Shown in pieces: positions 14,201-27,029 of a DNA stretch of 64,000 bases. A program made the translations under genes and the position numbers. Position 1 is the stretch's first letter. Each line of letters opens with the position of its first letter. Source of the stretch: Tubiluchus corallicola (lineage: Eukaryota > Animalia > Priapulida); assembly GCA_030141605.1 (NCBI GenBank), contig JAQGDQ010000540.1:62001-126000 (forward strand), written 5' to 3'. Below the pieces are notes generated by a model, which was not told where the DNA came from, did no database searches, and worked only from the letters and a program-made list of their open reading frames with translations.

Positions 14201-16323
14201 AAATGGCAGCTGGTTGGTGTATCATCATTCTATGTTTTCTTGAACTATGTGCCATTACACTCATGTACGGTAAGATATTTTTTGTAGTTACTTAAAAGGG
14301 GGTGTTTATAAGAAAACAGAATAGATTATAGCGAATAAAGGTCTCACTGATTTTTGCCTTAAACTACCTGTGTTTTGCAAAATCTAAACGAATCATCAAT
14401 GGCGGGGTAGTTTGTACTTTGCGCATTGTATATCCGGTTTTAACAAACGGTGTTAACCATCTGGCGCAAATTTGCTGCACTCACAGAACATCCTTCTGCT
14501 TTAACCGACGTAAATTATTTCAGACATGCGACCCTTGGTGACAGAAATCATGGAAGCAAGACAAGTCAACTTCCACACAGTAAAAAAACTCGCCAAGCCT
14601 GGTCGTTTCTGTGAAGATATTGCAATGATGATTGGCTACTCGCCAAACATTTACTGGAGATTTTGTTGGAGAATAGCCTCGCCGCTTTTATTGTTTGTAA
14701 GTTTGTAATTAGTAATGTCTTTGACGAGGAGGTTGAGATCAGTTTTCTTCCTTTTTCATAAATTCTATCTATCGAATTCTCGTTGTCCAAAAACAGAGAG
14801 CTATAATGAATTTAAGATGTCGACAAAAACATGTGGTATGTATTTGTACCTGGCACCTATATTTGCTGTGCAGTAGGGAAAATAAATCACTATTATTATA
14901 AACTGGCATCATCATCGTCGTCGTCATCATCGCTATTATTGCCACCGGCATTGTTGCTGTGATCGTCGTCATTGGTATTGTCGCTATTCTCACCATTATC
15001 AACCTCGCTATTATCGTTATTATTAGACGTTATCACAATCATCATAAATATTACCATCACCATCTTTCTCAACATTATCTTTGTTTTGTGTGTAAGCTTT
15101 GGTAGTTAGTTGCCTTTGCGCACTGTAGTACCCAAAAACTTTAGAAAGTTGAAAGACCGTTACACAGTTTTAATTAGCATAATAGCAGTTAGATAACAGG
15201 CACTCCAGTGAAATGCGTGACCCTTGAATTAGGTCAAAGTGATTGCCAGTCTCTTCGTCTTAAAACAATCATAGAAAAAAGGTTCACAACACTAGCTTAT
15301 TTGAACCACAAAAATATATAAATAAAAATAATGAAAGCACTAAAATTGTCGGACATTAAATTTAAATATTCGCTGCATGTCTGGCGGACGAGACTCAATG
15401 TACAAACTATGCTTTTATTTCCACTTGCAGGGCATCATAATATTCAGTTTTGTGGATTACCGACCTCTGAAATATGGCAATGACTACACGTATTCTTCGG
15501 GAGCTCAAGCAATGGCGTGGTTGATAGCGTTAAGTTCAATTCTCATGGTACCTCTTGTTGCAATAGTGGAGATGTGCCTTTTGAAAAAGTCCAATATGAG
15601 CTTCTTCGAGGTAGGCAATAACAAAACTTCATTGTATTATAGTTTAATTCCCCAGTCTTCAAGTTCGGTGGCAATAGTTGGATTGCGCTCCACTGTAGGG
15701 TAGGGTACTTTTATATTATTACGCATATAGCCACGTTAGTATATGGACGCCCACCGATCTATGCTTCGCGCCATCTGTATTGTGTAATAGTTTTCTTTTT
15801 GCAAAGAAGTTAGGTTAAATCTTTGCCGTAATTATTTTAGCAAGTATTCTAGCAAATTTATTAAAAAGCGGACTTGGCTAAAATACATACTATTATTTTA
15901 TATGTGTTTGGTTCATATCTGTGTCATCCTACATTAGTATAAAGCCTATACTGAATGTATACGTATACCGTATAGTATTAGCTGTTGCATTGTATCCTGA
16001 AATGACCTTTTTGTACTAGTCAACCTTAAGACTGAGATACGAAAAAGTGACAAATAGGCGAACTAGCACACTACTCATGCTGAATTGCAATTGAAAATTG
16101 TCTTTTTCAGAAGCTGAATTTTTTATCAAAACCTACGCCGGAGTGGGGACCTGCATTAGACAAGTTTCGCACTGGAATCTACATGCCAATGGGGAAAGAG
16201 TTGAAGCAACCGCATAAACCCATTTATTCACTAGACCAGAGTGGTACTAAATCTGACCAAGCTTATCTCAATCCAGCTTATACACACAAAAACAACGCAC
16301 CTGTGTACGAAACAAATATTTAG
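3096..16323 (+). CDS. SLC6 (NSS) Na+/Cl- dependent amino-acid transporter, glycine/proline-transporter-like, 15 coding exons, ~692 aa
   Basis: Exons with GT-AG boundaries and matching phases: 3096-3140, 6786-6972, 7644-7775, 8512-8655, 8859-9015, 9604-9745, 10335-10469, 11517-11620, 11757-11881, 12887-12999, 13791-13919, 14170-14269, 14524-14696, 15431-15610, 16111-16323 (2079 nt, no internal stop). Hallmarks: [86 protein letters not shown]. Gly, not Asp, in TM1 indicates the amino-acid rather than monoamine branch. The first exon is the least certain. Confidence 0.95.
3835..4266. mobile_element. hAT-type MITE in SLC6 intron 1
   Basis: Imperfect TIRs caggggggagtatcaa ... ttaatacgcccctg(g), flanked by 8-bp direct repeat gatcttat (3827-3834, 4267-4274). 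Confidence 0.75.
8258..8316. repeat. (GT)n/(GCGT)n/(GAGT)n compound microsatellite
   Basis: Directly visible. Confidence 0.95.
9090..9520 (+). repeat. Interspersed ~430-bp repeat in SLC6 intron 5; inverted copy at ~59020-59435
   Basis: cagtcacgaggtcaccaaag, ccaaagacgctttctgtac, gtacgtcattctcgctca and tttgccagaaaa-ggtaagtta match the reverse complement of the 59-kb copy. Confidence 0.9.
9800..10310. repeat. Degenerate tandem repeat, ~110-115-bp unit, about 4 copies (SLC6 intron 6)
   Basis: Recurring ttactcctggaaagtgatatgtcacttattgattgact-like motif at ~9895, ~10003, ~10115, ~10231. Confidence 0.7.
12313..12575. repeat. Local tandem duplication, ~138-bp unit, 2 copies
   Basis: cattgtaga(t/c)acgtactgagctttttt...gatcttattacgttgtatgtt...atttagaagcataa starts at 12313 and 12451. 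Confidence 0.9.
13377..13616. mobile_element. MITE-like element with internal degenerate (CCCTAA)n tract
   Basis: Inverted ends ggtaaaaaactcacagga ... tcctgtgactttattacc, repeated tcacag/ctgtga submotifs, central telomere-like tract ~13445-13537. Confidence 0.7.
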
Positions 16324-17279
16324 AAAGTACATAGGTTTAGGCTTAATCGAAAACTGATTTTTATACAGAGATTCAATCATTGGATTTTGTAATGTTTTTT
16401 GTATAATATTTTTTACAATTACAATTTTCTGTAAATAATGAGAATTTTGTAAATAGAGAAATATTGTAGACCAGCCGCACAGCTCGATCTATTTATTTGA
16501 TATGTTCACGAACTAAAACATGGAGCAGTTCACAGTATTTCTGTATTACCGTATTACTGGACACTATGTAAATATAACTTTCAGAAATTAGTGATCAACG
16601 GCGTCAACAAAACGCATTATCCACATTATACTTTTTAAATAATTGACAAGGACGACAAAATTTTTCTCTCTCGTTACAAAATAACCACATCATAACAAAT
16701 AACTTTCCATAAAATAGTCTATATACACTTCTGCATAATGACAATTGGTGGCATTTCTTTTTACAAGAATTAACTATAAAAATCATTATTATTAAGTGGC
16801 TCATTATTAGTTAGTAGATTCCATGTACAGTTACTGTACGATGAGACGAATAATTGGATTTTTTCCGACTTTCACTTATTATTTAATAACTTTTAACAAC
16901 GAAGACAATGACAACAACAGCGCCACACTCCATTACCATCACCACCACCAACAACAACCGCAGCCGTTGTTCCACCACTGTTGTGTAACTTCTTAAGCTT
17001 CTGTGCTTCCGTCTATTAGGCGAAATCCAACACTAGCATACTTGAGGTGTGCCGAGTAATTACCAATTTTAGTGAACTACGCACTGAACTCGACTCATTA
17101 ATTAAAGGAATTTGCTAACATCTTTGCTGATGCTTAGTCTATGGATTATCTCAGTTTACTATAATGAGCGACTTTTTATGTTGTTTCTTCAGGCTCTCTA
17201 CATAGGCGTCAACGAGGTGAATTGATTCTTACTTACCAGTTGCTCCATTGCCTTGTTGATTATGATTAGAGATGTCTTT

Positions 17280-17460
17280 TTGCGTTGTCTAGTAATAAGG
17301 GCTTTTGTAGACATGATTTAAAGCTTACAAATCCACAAGTTCGACTCACTATGCGGCTATACAGTTTTGCATGTCGAGAAATAAATGTATGAAACTCTTT
17401 GCCATTCGAAGTTGTAAGTGCCCCTAACTTTACTTTTTTAAATCCGCCTTCACAGCCATA
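17280..17460 (+). mobile_element. 3' fragment of a CR1/L2-type LINE ORF2
   Basis: Translates as RHDLKLTNPQVRLTMRLYSFACREINV*NSLPFEVVSAPNF, matching the typical CR1-group C-terminal F..R.VN.WN.LP..VV.A motif, with one stop. Confidence 0.65.
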
Positions 17461-18518
17461 ACTACCAAAACTCGTAATGTTTTTTATAATTTTGTACTTC
17501 CTGTTAATAGTTACAGTCATAGGTACGTAAAGTTTAGTATTAATGTTCACATTTGCATTATTGTACTGTATGATATGCTGCACTATGTTGTCCCCTTCGT
17601 ACGTGGACTACTTTGGGTAATTTAAATTATTGTACTTTGTTGTAATTTTTGCTTGCCAGTCGAACTACAATTACAAAAAGAGTATAAACTCAATCTGGTA
17701 TCTTCTTTAAGCCCCATCCAGATTGTGAGACCATAAGTTCTAGCTTATTTAGCTTATACCTAAATCTAGCACTGATCATATATACCGGCCCACTTGTACC
17801 TAATTCAAGAAATAGAGCTCAAGAATAAAAAACATTTTCGTTCACTCAGTCTGGGGACCAATTTTCAGGTGAGCCTTGTGAGTGGTATGGGTCCATTTGT
17901 GGGACTACCGCCCCCCCCCCCCAAAAAAACCCTTGTTAATGCAAATTTGTGCATGTGACACCGGATTTATTTGTTTTGTTTTCTGTTCTTTAGTTGAACC
18001 AGATTTACTCCAACAATTACCAAACTAGTACTCCTAGCCGAGCAGCGAGGTAGTACACAGATGGTAGTAGTTTAGAAACTGAACGAGTTGGCCCTCGGTA
18101 CTTCTACGGGGCGTACCTTGAGGCAAAAGATCAAATCACGAGTAGGATCTTAAGTGTCAGCTATAAGTTGATGTTTTTGTGTTTAGCAAACAAAGTGTGA
18201 ACTATTCATGATATTTTTTACTATGTAAATACTTTTTAAACGTTCACAAAAAGACACACTACAAAAACACCTATTTTTTGTGTATAGAAACGATCAAAAT
18301 TTAATGAACAAATTTGTGATGATCAAAAGGATATTTTTCAAAATTAGTGCTGTACTCCCTTTTGGTTTAAAATTAAATGTACTTTCAAAGACAGTCTCAC
18401 AGACAACAAGGCTATACTTAATTTAATCACTAGAGAGTTGCTATTTTTAATTAAAACAAATCTAAATCATGTCATAACTTTAAACAACAAACCTTCAAAT
18501 TGTTGCAAAACTTCTTAG

Positions 18519-18618
18519 NNNNNNNNNNNNNNNNNNNNNNNNNNNNNNNNNNNNNNNNNNNNNNNNNNNNNNNNNNNNNNNNNNNNNNNNNNNNNNNNNN
18601 NNNNNNNNNNNNNNNNNN
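18519..18618. other. Assembly gap (100 N)
   Basis: Directly visible. Confidence 1.
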
Positions 18619-19629
18619 ACAGTGTTGTTTACCAGACATGGAAGAAAAATAAATACGAGGCAAAATCAAACTAAAGATAAACAAATCAAGATCTAATACA
18701 CTAGATACTCACTAATTACCCTTTCCCCGGGAGGTGCACTGAAAAACCTGTCCACACTGAGATGCATTAACATCTTAGCACATTTTTTGGCATACCACAT
18801 AAGTCATTGGTAACATCACTGGAAACGAAGTCTACACTGTCCAGTAGATGAGGTAGGTGAGTTAACATCGAGAATGGTTTAGCTTCCCCAGAGGCTGGCG
18901 TCAGGTAAATTTATGTGGTGATATTCATTCCAACCTCCCACGTGAACAGTAGCAACACTACAAACGGATTAAGCAAACTGTCCCAAGTATCCACTTGGCT
19001 GTAAATTCCGATAGTGCACAGAATGCATCATAACATATCTGGACTGCTCGAAAACGTTGCTGTCCTTTAACTGTAATCACAGTTATAAAAATGCTAAATG
19101 CCAAATTGTAGCAAATTACATAGCCCACTGGCAAAACGTACAGGGGAAAAAGTCTTTACATCCTAGCGAGAAACGTGCCAATTGAAGCCGTCGAAATAAA
19201 ATAGGACGACAACCTAGTTTCCGACTTATGCACTTGTTGAAAGGCTTGTTCAAATGTTTAAGTGCACTTATGTCCAAATGTAATGTTTTCTAATTTTACT
19301 ACATTATTGATTGCATAAACTGGAAAGTTTTAGGACGGTAAAATTAAAAAAAAGACGTGTGAAAAGTCTGACGTTAACATATTTTTGGTTATGGTCGAGT
19401 GGGACAGGGGCACATTTTATCACCAACTGGCCATAATTGTGCGCTAAAATGATGTAATGTATTATTTAAAATATATGTGATCACGTGCATTGTACTGTTG
19501 TGAGTAACGTTGGAGTGTAAGTGTATAGTGTAATGTTGGAGTGCAGAGAAATTCAAAAACATTACATTGGAACATAAATGCATTTAAGGAAACATGCCTT
19601 TTTGGGAGTTAACGTGTTCCGTCTGTTGA

Positions 19630-20090
19630 CGGAATAATGCTATTCCAGACCTGTAGATATCTTTACCTGGATACAGTATTCCTTTCTCTAAAATACGGAA
19701 GCATAAAAAGGTAGTTATTTGTGAGGTCTCAAATCAATGCTTTAATAAACCCAATCACATAAAGAGTGCTTTGGCTTCGACTTCAACCTGCGAAGCTTCC
19801 AAGGTCAGTTCCTGGTATAATAATCTGTCTTTCTTTCTTATAATCTGTCTATAATAACTTACTTTCCTGGATCAACGTGTTCTGATTATCAAGACGACAG
19901 TCAACTATATTACTCTCGTCTACACACCATTTAAAACAAACCTATCCTCGCCTGGTAATACTAGGCGATTTTAATGACATTTCCTTGGCGCACAATATCA
20001 AATCATTTCGACTTGAAACAAGTTGTTAAAACTTAAACATGTGACAAAAAACTTTTTAGACATCATATTCAGTGACCTGTCAGAATTTTC
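19630..20090 (+). mobile_element. Decayed non-LTR retrotransposon APE-endonuclease fragment (also at +4206 and +8412)
   Basis: Broken frames give ISLPGYS, VLWLRLQPAKLPRSVPGII, LVILGDFND, LKQVVK and FLDIIFSD. Confidence 0.7.
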
Positions 20091-20099
20091 TATGAAGAA

Positions 20100-20690
20100 A
20101 TTTTTTCTCATCACGGAGTTCCGAATTGTTTTCAGCCAATGCCTGCTATTCGAGTGCAGGGTTCTCTATATTCGCCAAGGAATTTCAGACATAAAACCTC
20201 TAGCCCTCATTTTCCTCAAGCCAATGGTCTTGCAGAAAATTCGGTGAAGATTGTAAAGAGAACCTTCAAGAAAGCACATGAAGGCAAAGAAGATCCATTA
20301 ATGGGGTTGATGATCTAGCGCAACACCCCTCTCGAGAATGGATACTCCCCCCCGGCCAATTGCTAATGAACCGCTCTACACGTACTAGATGGTTGCAAGC
20401 CTCTTAAAGGTCGCACCTCTAATAACAATGTGCTTAAACTATAAACTACAACAAAATAATTACTTCAATAATCAATCTAGCCATAGCCCCTTACTAGAAC
20501 TTGTACCTGGAAACACTGTTAGCGTACGAACTTCAAAAGGATTAGTCAGAGCAAGGAGAAATTGCAAAACAAGTAGCCCCCCAGATCTTACCTAGTGAGA
20601 ACAGAAAATGGAGCCCTACACAGAATAAACCGCAAACATCTTCTGAAGATTAGAGACATGCCACCATTTGTCATGACTAACACTCATGCA
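20100..20690 (+). mobile_element. Decayed Gypsy integrase C-terminal fragment (also at +4206 and +8412), interrupted by the hAT
   Basis: HKTSSPHFPQANGLAENSVKIVKRTFKKA..EDPLMGLMI*RNTPLENGYSP, then PRSYLVRTENGALHRINRKHL. Confidence 0.85.
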
Positions 20691-22823
20691 CAGGCCACTT
20701 TATTTAGGTTGTTTAGGCCTAAAATGACCTAAAATGACCTAAATAAGATTTGAAAAATAACCTAAATAACATTTTTGCTCTTTTTCATTTTTTGGATCGT
20801 CGCTGCTTTTTTGCGCGTCAGAGGAGCGAAAATTAGAAGAAACAAGCCACGTGGCGTCCCGTAATCATTGTGACTAGTCATTGTGACGTCATTGATTGTT
20901 GCGTCGTCAAACCCCCATACTTTCTTTTACTTAAACGAGACTAGGCCTACTCGTTTTAATTCTTCCTTGTCTCTCCTCAGTTATAGATGGCTTCTTTTAG
21001 TCCATCCCACGAGCTTGCTTATGGGCTGAAGATTGTGCAGAGGCACCCGAAGACGCAGGCAGTCGTGGCTTCACGATGTGAGTTTTGTTATTATTTTGGT
21101 CGCGAGGAGAAGCCAGGAGCCAAACGCCAGCGAACAGAAAACGTCAAGCTGTTCACAAGATTTCGAGCAGGTCCCTACAAACAACATTTAGAAAATGAAC
21201 ATAGAGTTGGGTGGAGATATTATCAAAAACTCAGCTCAGAAGATAAGAGGAAATTCTTTGACAAAACTGTCCCTCGAGAGCAAACTTTGGCGATCCATTT
21301 TGAAGGCGAGGCACCTATTTGCTTCAAAGTGAAAGCTTCAATCGTGAATGACATCATTGGTGGGATGTTGCTCGATCCTGATGACCTCGAGGGACTTTCT
21401 TTCGCTCGTGCAATGGCAGTGTTCGAGGACACGGATGACGACAATCAACTTGAGGTCAACCTAAAGTCGTCTTCTCAGTTTCGACTAGCAGTCAAGTTTA
21501 TTCGCGATGGAGCCAGTTTCCGACAAGCTGCGGCTTTGGTTAAGTCAACAAAAGAGGAAACAACCTCTGCTGTTTATGTGGGCTGCACCGAAGGAAAATG
21601 TGCAACGTTTGTACGTGTTGTTGTTGCAGCGAACCTGCAAAAGCTCTCAGACATCCTAAGCAAGTGTTGGGCTTTCTCAATTGCAATTGACTCAGGCCAC
21701 AGATGTGGAATGAACTACCTCGACATTCGCGTCCGATTCTACTATGCTGGAGATGTGCAGAATCTCCACTTGCTCGCTGTGCCAATGCATTACCGGAAAA
21801 CTGCTGCAAACATTTTCAATGCATGCGTCAAGTTGCTGGACGCGATTCTGCCAACCGGAGGCAATACAACCTACAATCCGAGATGAAATCTACCTGTCCG
21901 CGGTTCGTGAACACGAGGTGGAGCTCGATGAAGCAGGTGACTTCTTGGCTTGTGGAGCACAAGGAAAGAGTGCTTGAGTACTTGGAGGAAAAGAACCCTG
22001 GTGTAGGTGAAGCTCGTAAACCCGGACCGTGGTGGGTCCTACTATGTGGACTGAATTTGGTTGCCACTGATGTCCAAGTTACAGTGTCTTACCTACAGGG
22101 AAAGAAAATTCACCTGATGGAGCAACGAGAGAAAGTCAGGAAACTCATTTCGAATTTAAAGGAGCTGTGTGAGGTTGAAGAAGATGACGATGGAAAATTC
22201 ATGTGTTCCGATGAAGAAGGGGAGAGGTTCACTTTCAATTTGGGTTTGTGGGTCTCAAATGTACTGGATGGCTGTACGGAAGATGAGAGGGTGAAGATTT
22301 ACCAATCCTTTGGGAGGCTGTTCACCGGACTAGTCGACGGAATTCAAGGTGTTCTCGATGCTGACGAGGAGACCGGGGCAAGTTTGTTGGAACTCCCAAA
22401 TTTATTGCCTCGAGCCTTGGTGAAGCTGTCAGGAGTGGATTTAACAAACTTGATTCGAAAAAATTTAGTTCGTCTCCGAGATGCTGGATGGGACCAAAAA
22501 CAGATTGAAAACCTTGAGACAGAATTTCATGGTCTGAAGAGAGACTACAGAAACAACGAACCCACCAAGACGGCATTGGATTCGATGACGGACGACACCA
22601 TTCCTCCAAGCTTGGAAGAACTTCGATCGCTACTCTTTCTTGATGGAATTTTCTGGAGGACATGCAACTCTCTTTCCGTCAACTGCTACTGTAGAGGCTG
22701 ACTTTGGCATTGTTGGGGAAATCAAAGATTGCTACAAGCAGAGTATGACAGACTTCAGCCTGGAAGGGTGCCTCCAAGCAAAACAGTTTTCTGAAATGAT
22801 GAAAATGTGATAACTGATAATGA
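20691..22823 (+). mobile_element. hAT transposon copy 1 (left TIR and broken transposase 20987-22810; right end missing)
   Basis: TIR caggccactttatttaggt at 20691 preceded by ctcatgca; switches to the next array unit 13 bp after the transposase stop. Confidence 0.9.
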
Positions 22824-24896
22824 CACAGTGTTGTTTACCAGACATGGAAGAAAAATAAATACGAGGCAAAATCAAACTAAAGATAAACAAATCAAGATCT
22901 AATACACTAGATACTCACTAATTACCCTTTCCCCGGGAGGTGCACTGAAAAACCTGTCCACACTGAGATGCATTAACATCTTAGCACATTTTTTGGCATA
23001 CCACATAAGTCATTGGTAACATCACTGGAAACGAAGTCTACACTGTCCAGTAGATGAGGTAGGTGAGTTAACATCGAGAATGGTTTAGCTTCCCCAGAGG
23101 CTGGCGTCAGGTAAATTTATGTGGTGATATTCATTCCAACCTCCCACGTGAACAGTAGCAACACTACAAACGGATTAAGCAAACTGTCCCAAGTATCCAC
23201 TTGGCTGTAAATTCCGATAGTGCACAGAATGCATCATAACATATCTGGACTGCTCGAAAACGTTGCTGTCCTTTAACTGTAATCACAGTTATAAAAATGC
23301 TAAATGCCAAATTGTAGCAAATTACATAGCCCACTGGCAAAACGTACAGGGGAAAAAGTCTTTACATCCTAGCGAGAAACGTGCCAATTGAAGCCGTCGA
23401 AATAAAATAGGACGACAACCTAGTTTCCGACTTATGCACTTGTTGAAAGGCTTGTTCAAATGTTTAAGTGCACTTATGTCCAAATGTAATGTTTTCTAAT
23501 TTTACTACATTATTGATTGCATAAACTGGAAAGTTTTAGGACGGTAAAATTAAAAAAAAGACGTGTGAAAAGTCTGACGTTAACATATTTTTGGTTATGG
23601 TCGAGTGGGACAGGGGCACATTTTATCACCAACTGGCCATAATTGTGCGCTAAAATGATGTAATGTATTATTTAAAATATATGTGATCACGTGCATTGTA
23701 CTGTTGTGAGTAACGTTGGAGTGTAAGTGTATAGTGTAATGTTGGAGTGCAGAGAAATTCAAAAACATTACATTGGAACATAAATGCATTTAAGGAAACA
23801 TGCCTTTTTGGGAGTTAACGTGTTCCGTCTGTTGACGGAATAATGCTATTCCAGACCTGTAGATATCTTTACCTGGATACAGTATTCCTTTCTCTAAAAT
23901 ACGGAAGCATAAAAAGGTAGTTATTTGTGAGGTCTCAAATCAATGCTTTAATAAACCCAATCACATAAAGAGTGCTTTGGCTTCGACTTCAACCTGCGAA
24001 GCTTCCAAGGTCAGTTCCTGGTATAATAATCTGTCTTTCTTTCTTATAATCTGTCTATAATAACTTACTTTCCTGGATCAACGTGTTCTGATTATCAAGA
24101 CGACAGTCAACTATATTACTCTCGTCTACACACCATTTAAAACAAACCTATCCTCGCCTGGTAATACTAGGCGATTTTAATGACATTTCCTTGGCGCACA
24201 ATATCAAATCATTTCGACTTGAAACAAGTTGTTAAAACTTAAACATGTGACAAAAAACTTTTTAGACATCATATTCAGTGACCTGTCAGAATTTTCTATG
24301 AAGAAATTTTTTCTCATCACGGAGTTCCGAATTGTTTTCAGCCAATGCCTGCTATTCGAGTGCAGGGTTCTCTATATTCGCCAAGGAATTTCAGACATAA
24401 AACCTCTAGCCCTCATTTTCCTCAAGCCAATGGTCTTGCAGAAAATTCGGTGAAGATTGTAAAGAGAACCTTCAAGAAAGCACATGAAGGCAAAGAAGAT
24501 CCATTAATGGGGTTGATGATCTAGCGCAACACCCCTCTCGAGAATGGATACTCCCCCCCGGCCAATTGCTAATGAACCGCTCTACACGTACTAGATGGTT
24601 GCAAGCCTCTTAAAGGTCGCACCTCTAATAACAATGTGCTTAAACTATAAACTACAACAAAATAATTACTTCAATAATCAATCTAGCCATAGCCCCTTAC
24701 TAGAACTTGTACCTGGAAACACTGTTAGCGTACGAACTTCAAAAGGATTAGTCAGAGCAAGGAGAAATTGCAAAACAAGTAGCCCCCCAGATCTTACCTA
24801 GTGAGAACAGAAAATGGAGCCCTACACAGAATAAACCGCAAACATCTTCTGAAGATTAGAGACATGCCACCATTTGTCATGACTAACACTCATGCA

Positions 24897-27029
24897 CAGG
24901 CCACTTTATTTAGGTTGTTTAGGCCTAAAATGACCTAAAATGACCTAAATAAGATTTGAAAAATAACCTAAATAACATTTTTGCTCTTTTTCATTTTTTG
25001 GATCGTCGCTGCTTTTTTGCGCGTCAGAGGAGCGAAAATTAGAAGAAACAAGCCACGTGGCGTCCCGTAATCATTGTGACTAGTCATTGTGACGTCATTG
25101 ATTGTTGCGTCGTCAAACCCCCATACTTTCTTTTACTTAAACGAGACTAGGCCTACTCGTTTTAATTCTTCCTTGTCTCTCCTCAGTTATAGATGGCTTC
25201 TTTTAGTCCATCCCACGAGCTTGCTTATGGGCTGAAGATTGTGCAGAGGCACCCGAAGACGCAGGCAGTCGTGGCTTCACGATGTGAGTTTTGTTATTAT
25301 TTTGGTCGCGAGGAGAAGCCAGGAGCCAAACGCCAGCGAACAGAAAACGTCAAGCTGTTCACAAGATTTCGAGCAGGTCCCTACAAACAACATTTAGAAA
25401 ATGAACATAGAGTTGGGTGGAGATATTATCAAAAACTCAGCTCAGAAGATAAGAGGAAATTCTTTGACAAAACTGTCCCTCGAGAGCAAACTTTGGCGAT
25501 CCATTTTGAAGGCGAGGCACCTATTTGCTTCAAAGTGAAAGCTTCAATCGTGAATGACATCATTGGTGGGATGTTGCTCGATCCTGATGACCTCGAGGGA
25601 CTTTCTTTCGCTCGTGCAATGGCAGTGTTCGAGGACACGGATGACGACAATCAACTTGAGGTCAACCTAAAGTCGTCTTCTCAGTTTCGACTAGCAGTCA
25701 AGTTTATTCGCGATGAGGCCAGTTTCCGACAAGCTGCGGCTTTGGTTAAGTCAACAAAAGAGGAAACAACCTCTGCTGTTTATGTGGGCTGCACCGAAGG
25801 AAAATGTGCAACGTTTGTACGTGTTGTTGTTGCAGCGAACCTGCAAAAGCTCTCAGACATCCTAAGCAAGTGTTGGGCTTTCTCAATTGCAATTGACTCA
25901 GGCCACAGATGTGGAATGAACTACCTCGACATTCGCGTCCGATTCTACTATGCTGGAGATGTGCAGAATCTCCACTTGCTCGCTGTGCCAATGCATTACC
26001 GGAAAACTGCTGCAAACATTTTCAATGCATGCGTCAAGTTGCTGGACGCGATTCTGCCAACCGGAGGCAATACAACCTACAATCCGAGATGAAATCTACC
26101 TGTCCGCGGTTCGTGAACACGAGGTGGAGCTCGATGAAGCAGGTGACTTCTTGGCTTGTGGAGCACAAGGAAAGAGTGCTTGAGTACTTGGAGGAAAAGA
26201 ACCCTGGTGTAGGTGAAGCTCGTAAACCCGGACCGTGGTGGGTCCTACTATGTGGACTGAATTTGGTTGCCACTGATGTCCAAGTTACAGTGTCTTACCT
26301 ACAGGGAAAGAAAATTCACCTGATGGAGCAACGAGAGAAAGTCAGGAAACTCATTTCGAATTTAAAGGAGCTGTGTGAGGTTGAAGAAGATGACGATGGA
26401 AAATTCATGTGTTCCGATGAAGAAGGGGAGAGGTTCACTTTCAATTTGGGTTTGTGGGTCTCAAATGTACTGGATGGCTGTACGGAAGATGAGAGGGTGA
26501 AGATTTACCAATCCTTTGGGAGGCTGTTCACCGGACTAGTCGACGGAATTCAAGGTGTTCTCGATGCTGACGAGGAGACCGGGGCAAGTTTGTTGGAACT
26601 CCCAAATTTATTGCCTCGAGCCTTGGTGAAGCTGTCAGGAGTGGATTTAACAAACTTGATTCGAAAAAATTTAGTTCGTCTCCGAGATGCTGGATGGGAC
26701 CAAAAACAGATTGAAAACCTTGAGACAGAATTTCATGGTCTGAAGAGAGACTACAGAAACAACGAACCCACCAAGACGGCATTGGATTCGATGACGGACG
26801 ACACCATTCCTCCAAGCTTGGAAGAACTTCGATCGCTACTCTTTCTTGATGGAATTTTCTGGAGGACATGCAACTCTCTTTCCGTCAACTGCTACTGTAG
26901 AGGCTGACTTTGGCATTGTTGGGGAAATCAAAGATTGCTACAAGCAGAGTATGACAGACTTCAGCCTGGAAGGGTGCCTCCAAGCAAAACAGTTTTCTGA
27001 AATGATGAAAATGTGATAACTGATAATGA
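24897..27029 (+). mobile_element. hAT transposon copy 2 (left TIR and broken transposase 25193-27016; right end missing)
   Basis: Same structure as copy 1 at +4206. Confidence 0.9.

Noticed and set aside
21703-21886. Overlap of the 299-aa and 332-aa ORFs as a two-gene system or programmed frameshift
   Set aside because: The first ~50 aa of the 332-aa ORF are an off-frame reading; both are parts of one broken transposase and no slippery site is evident.
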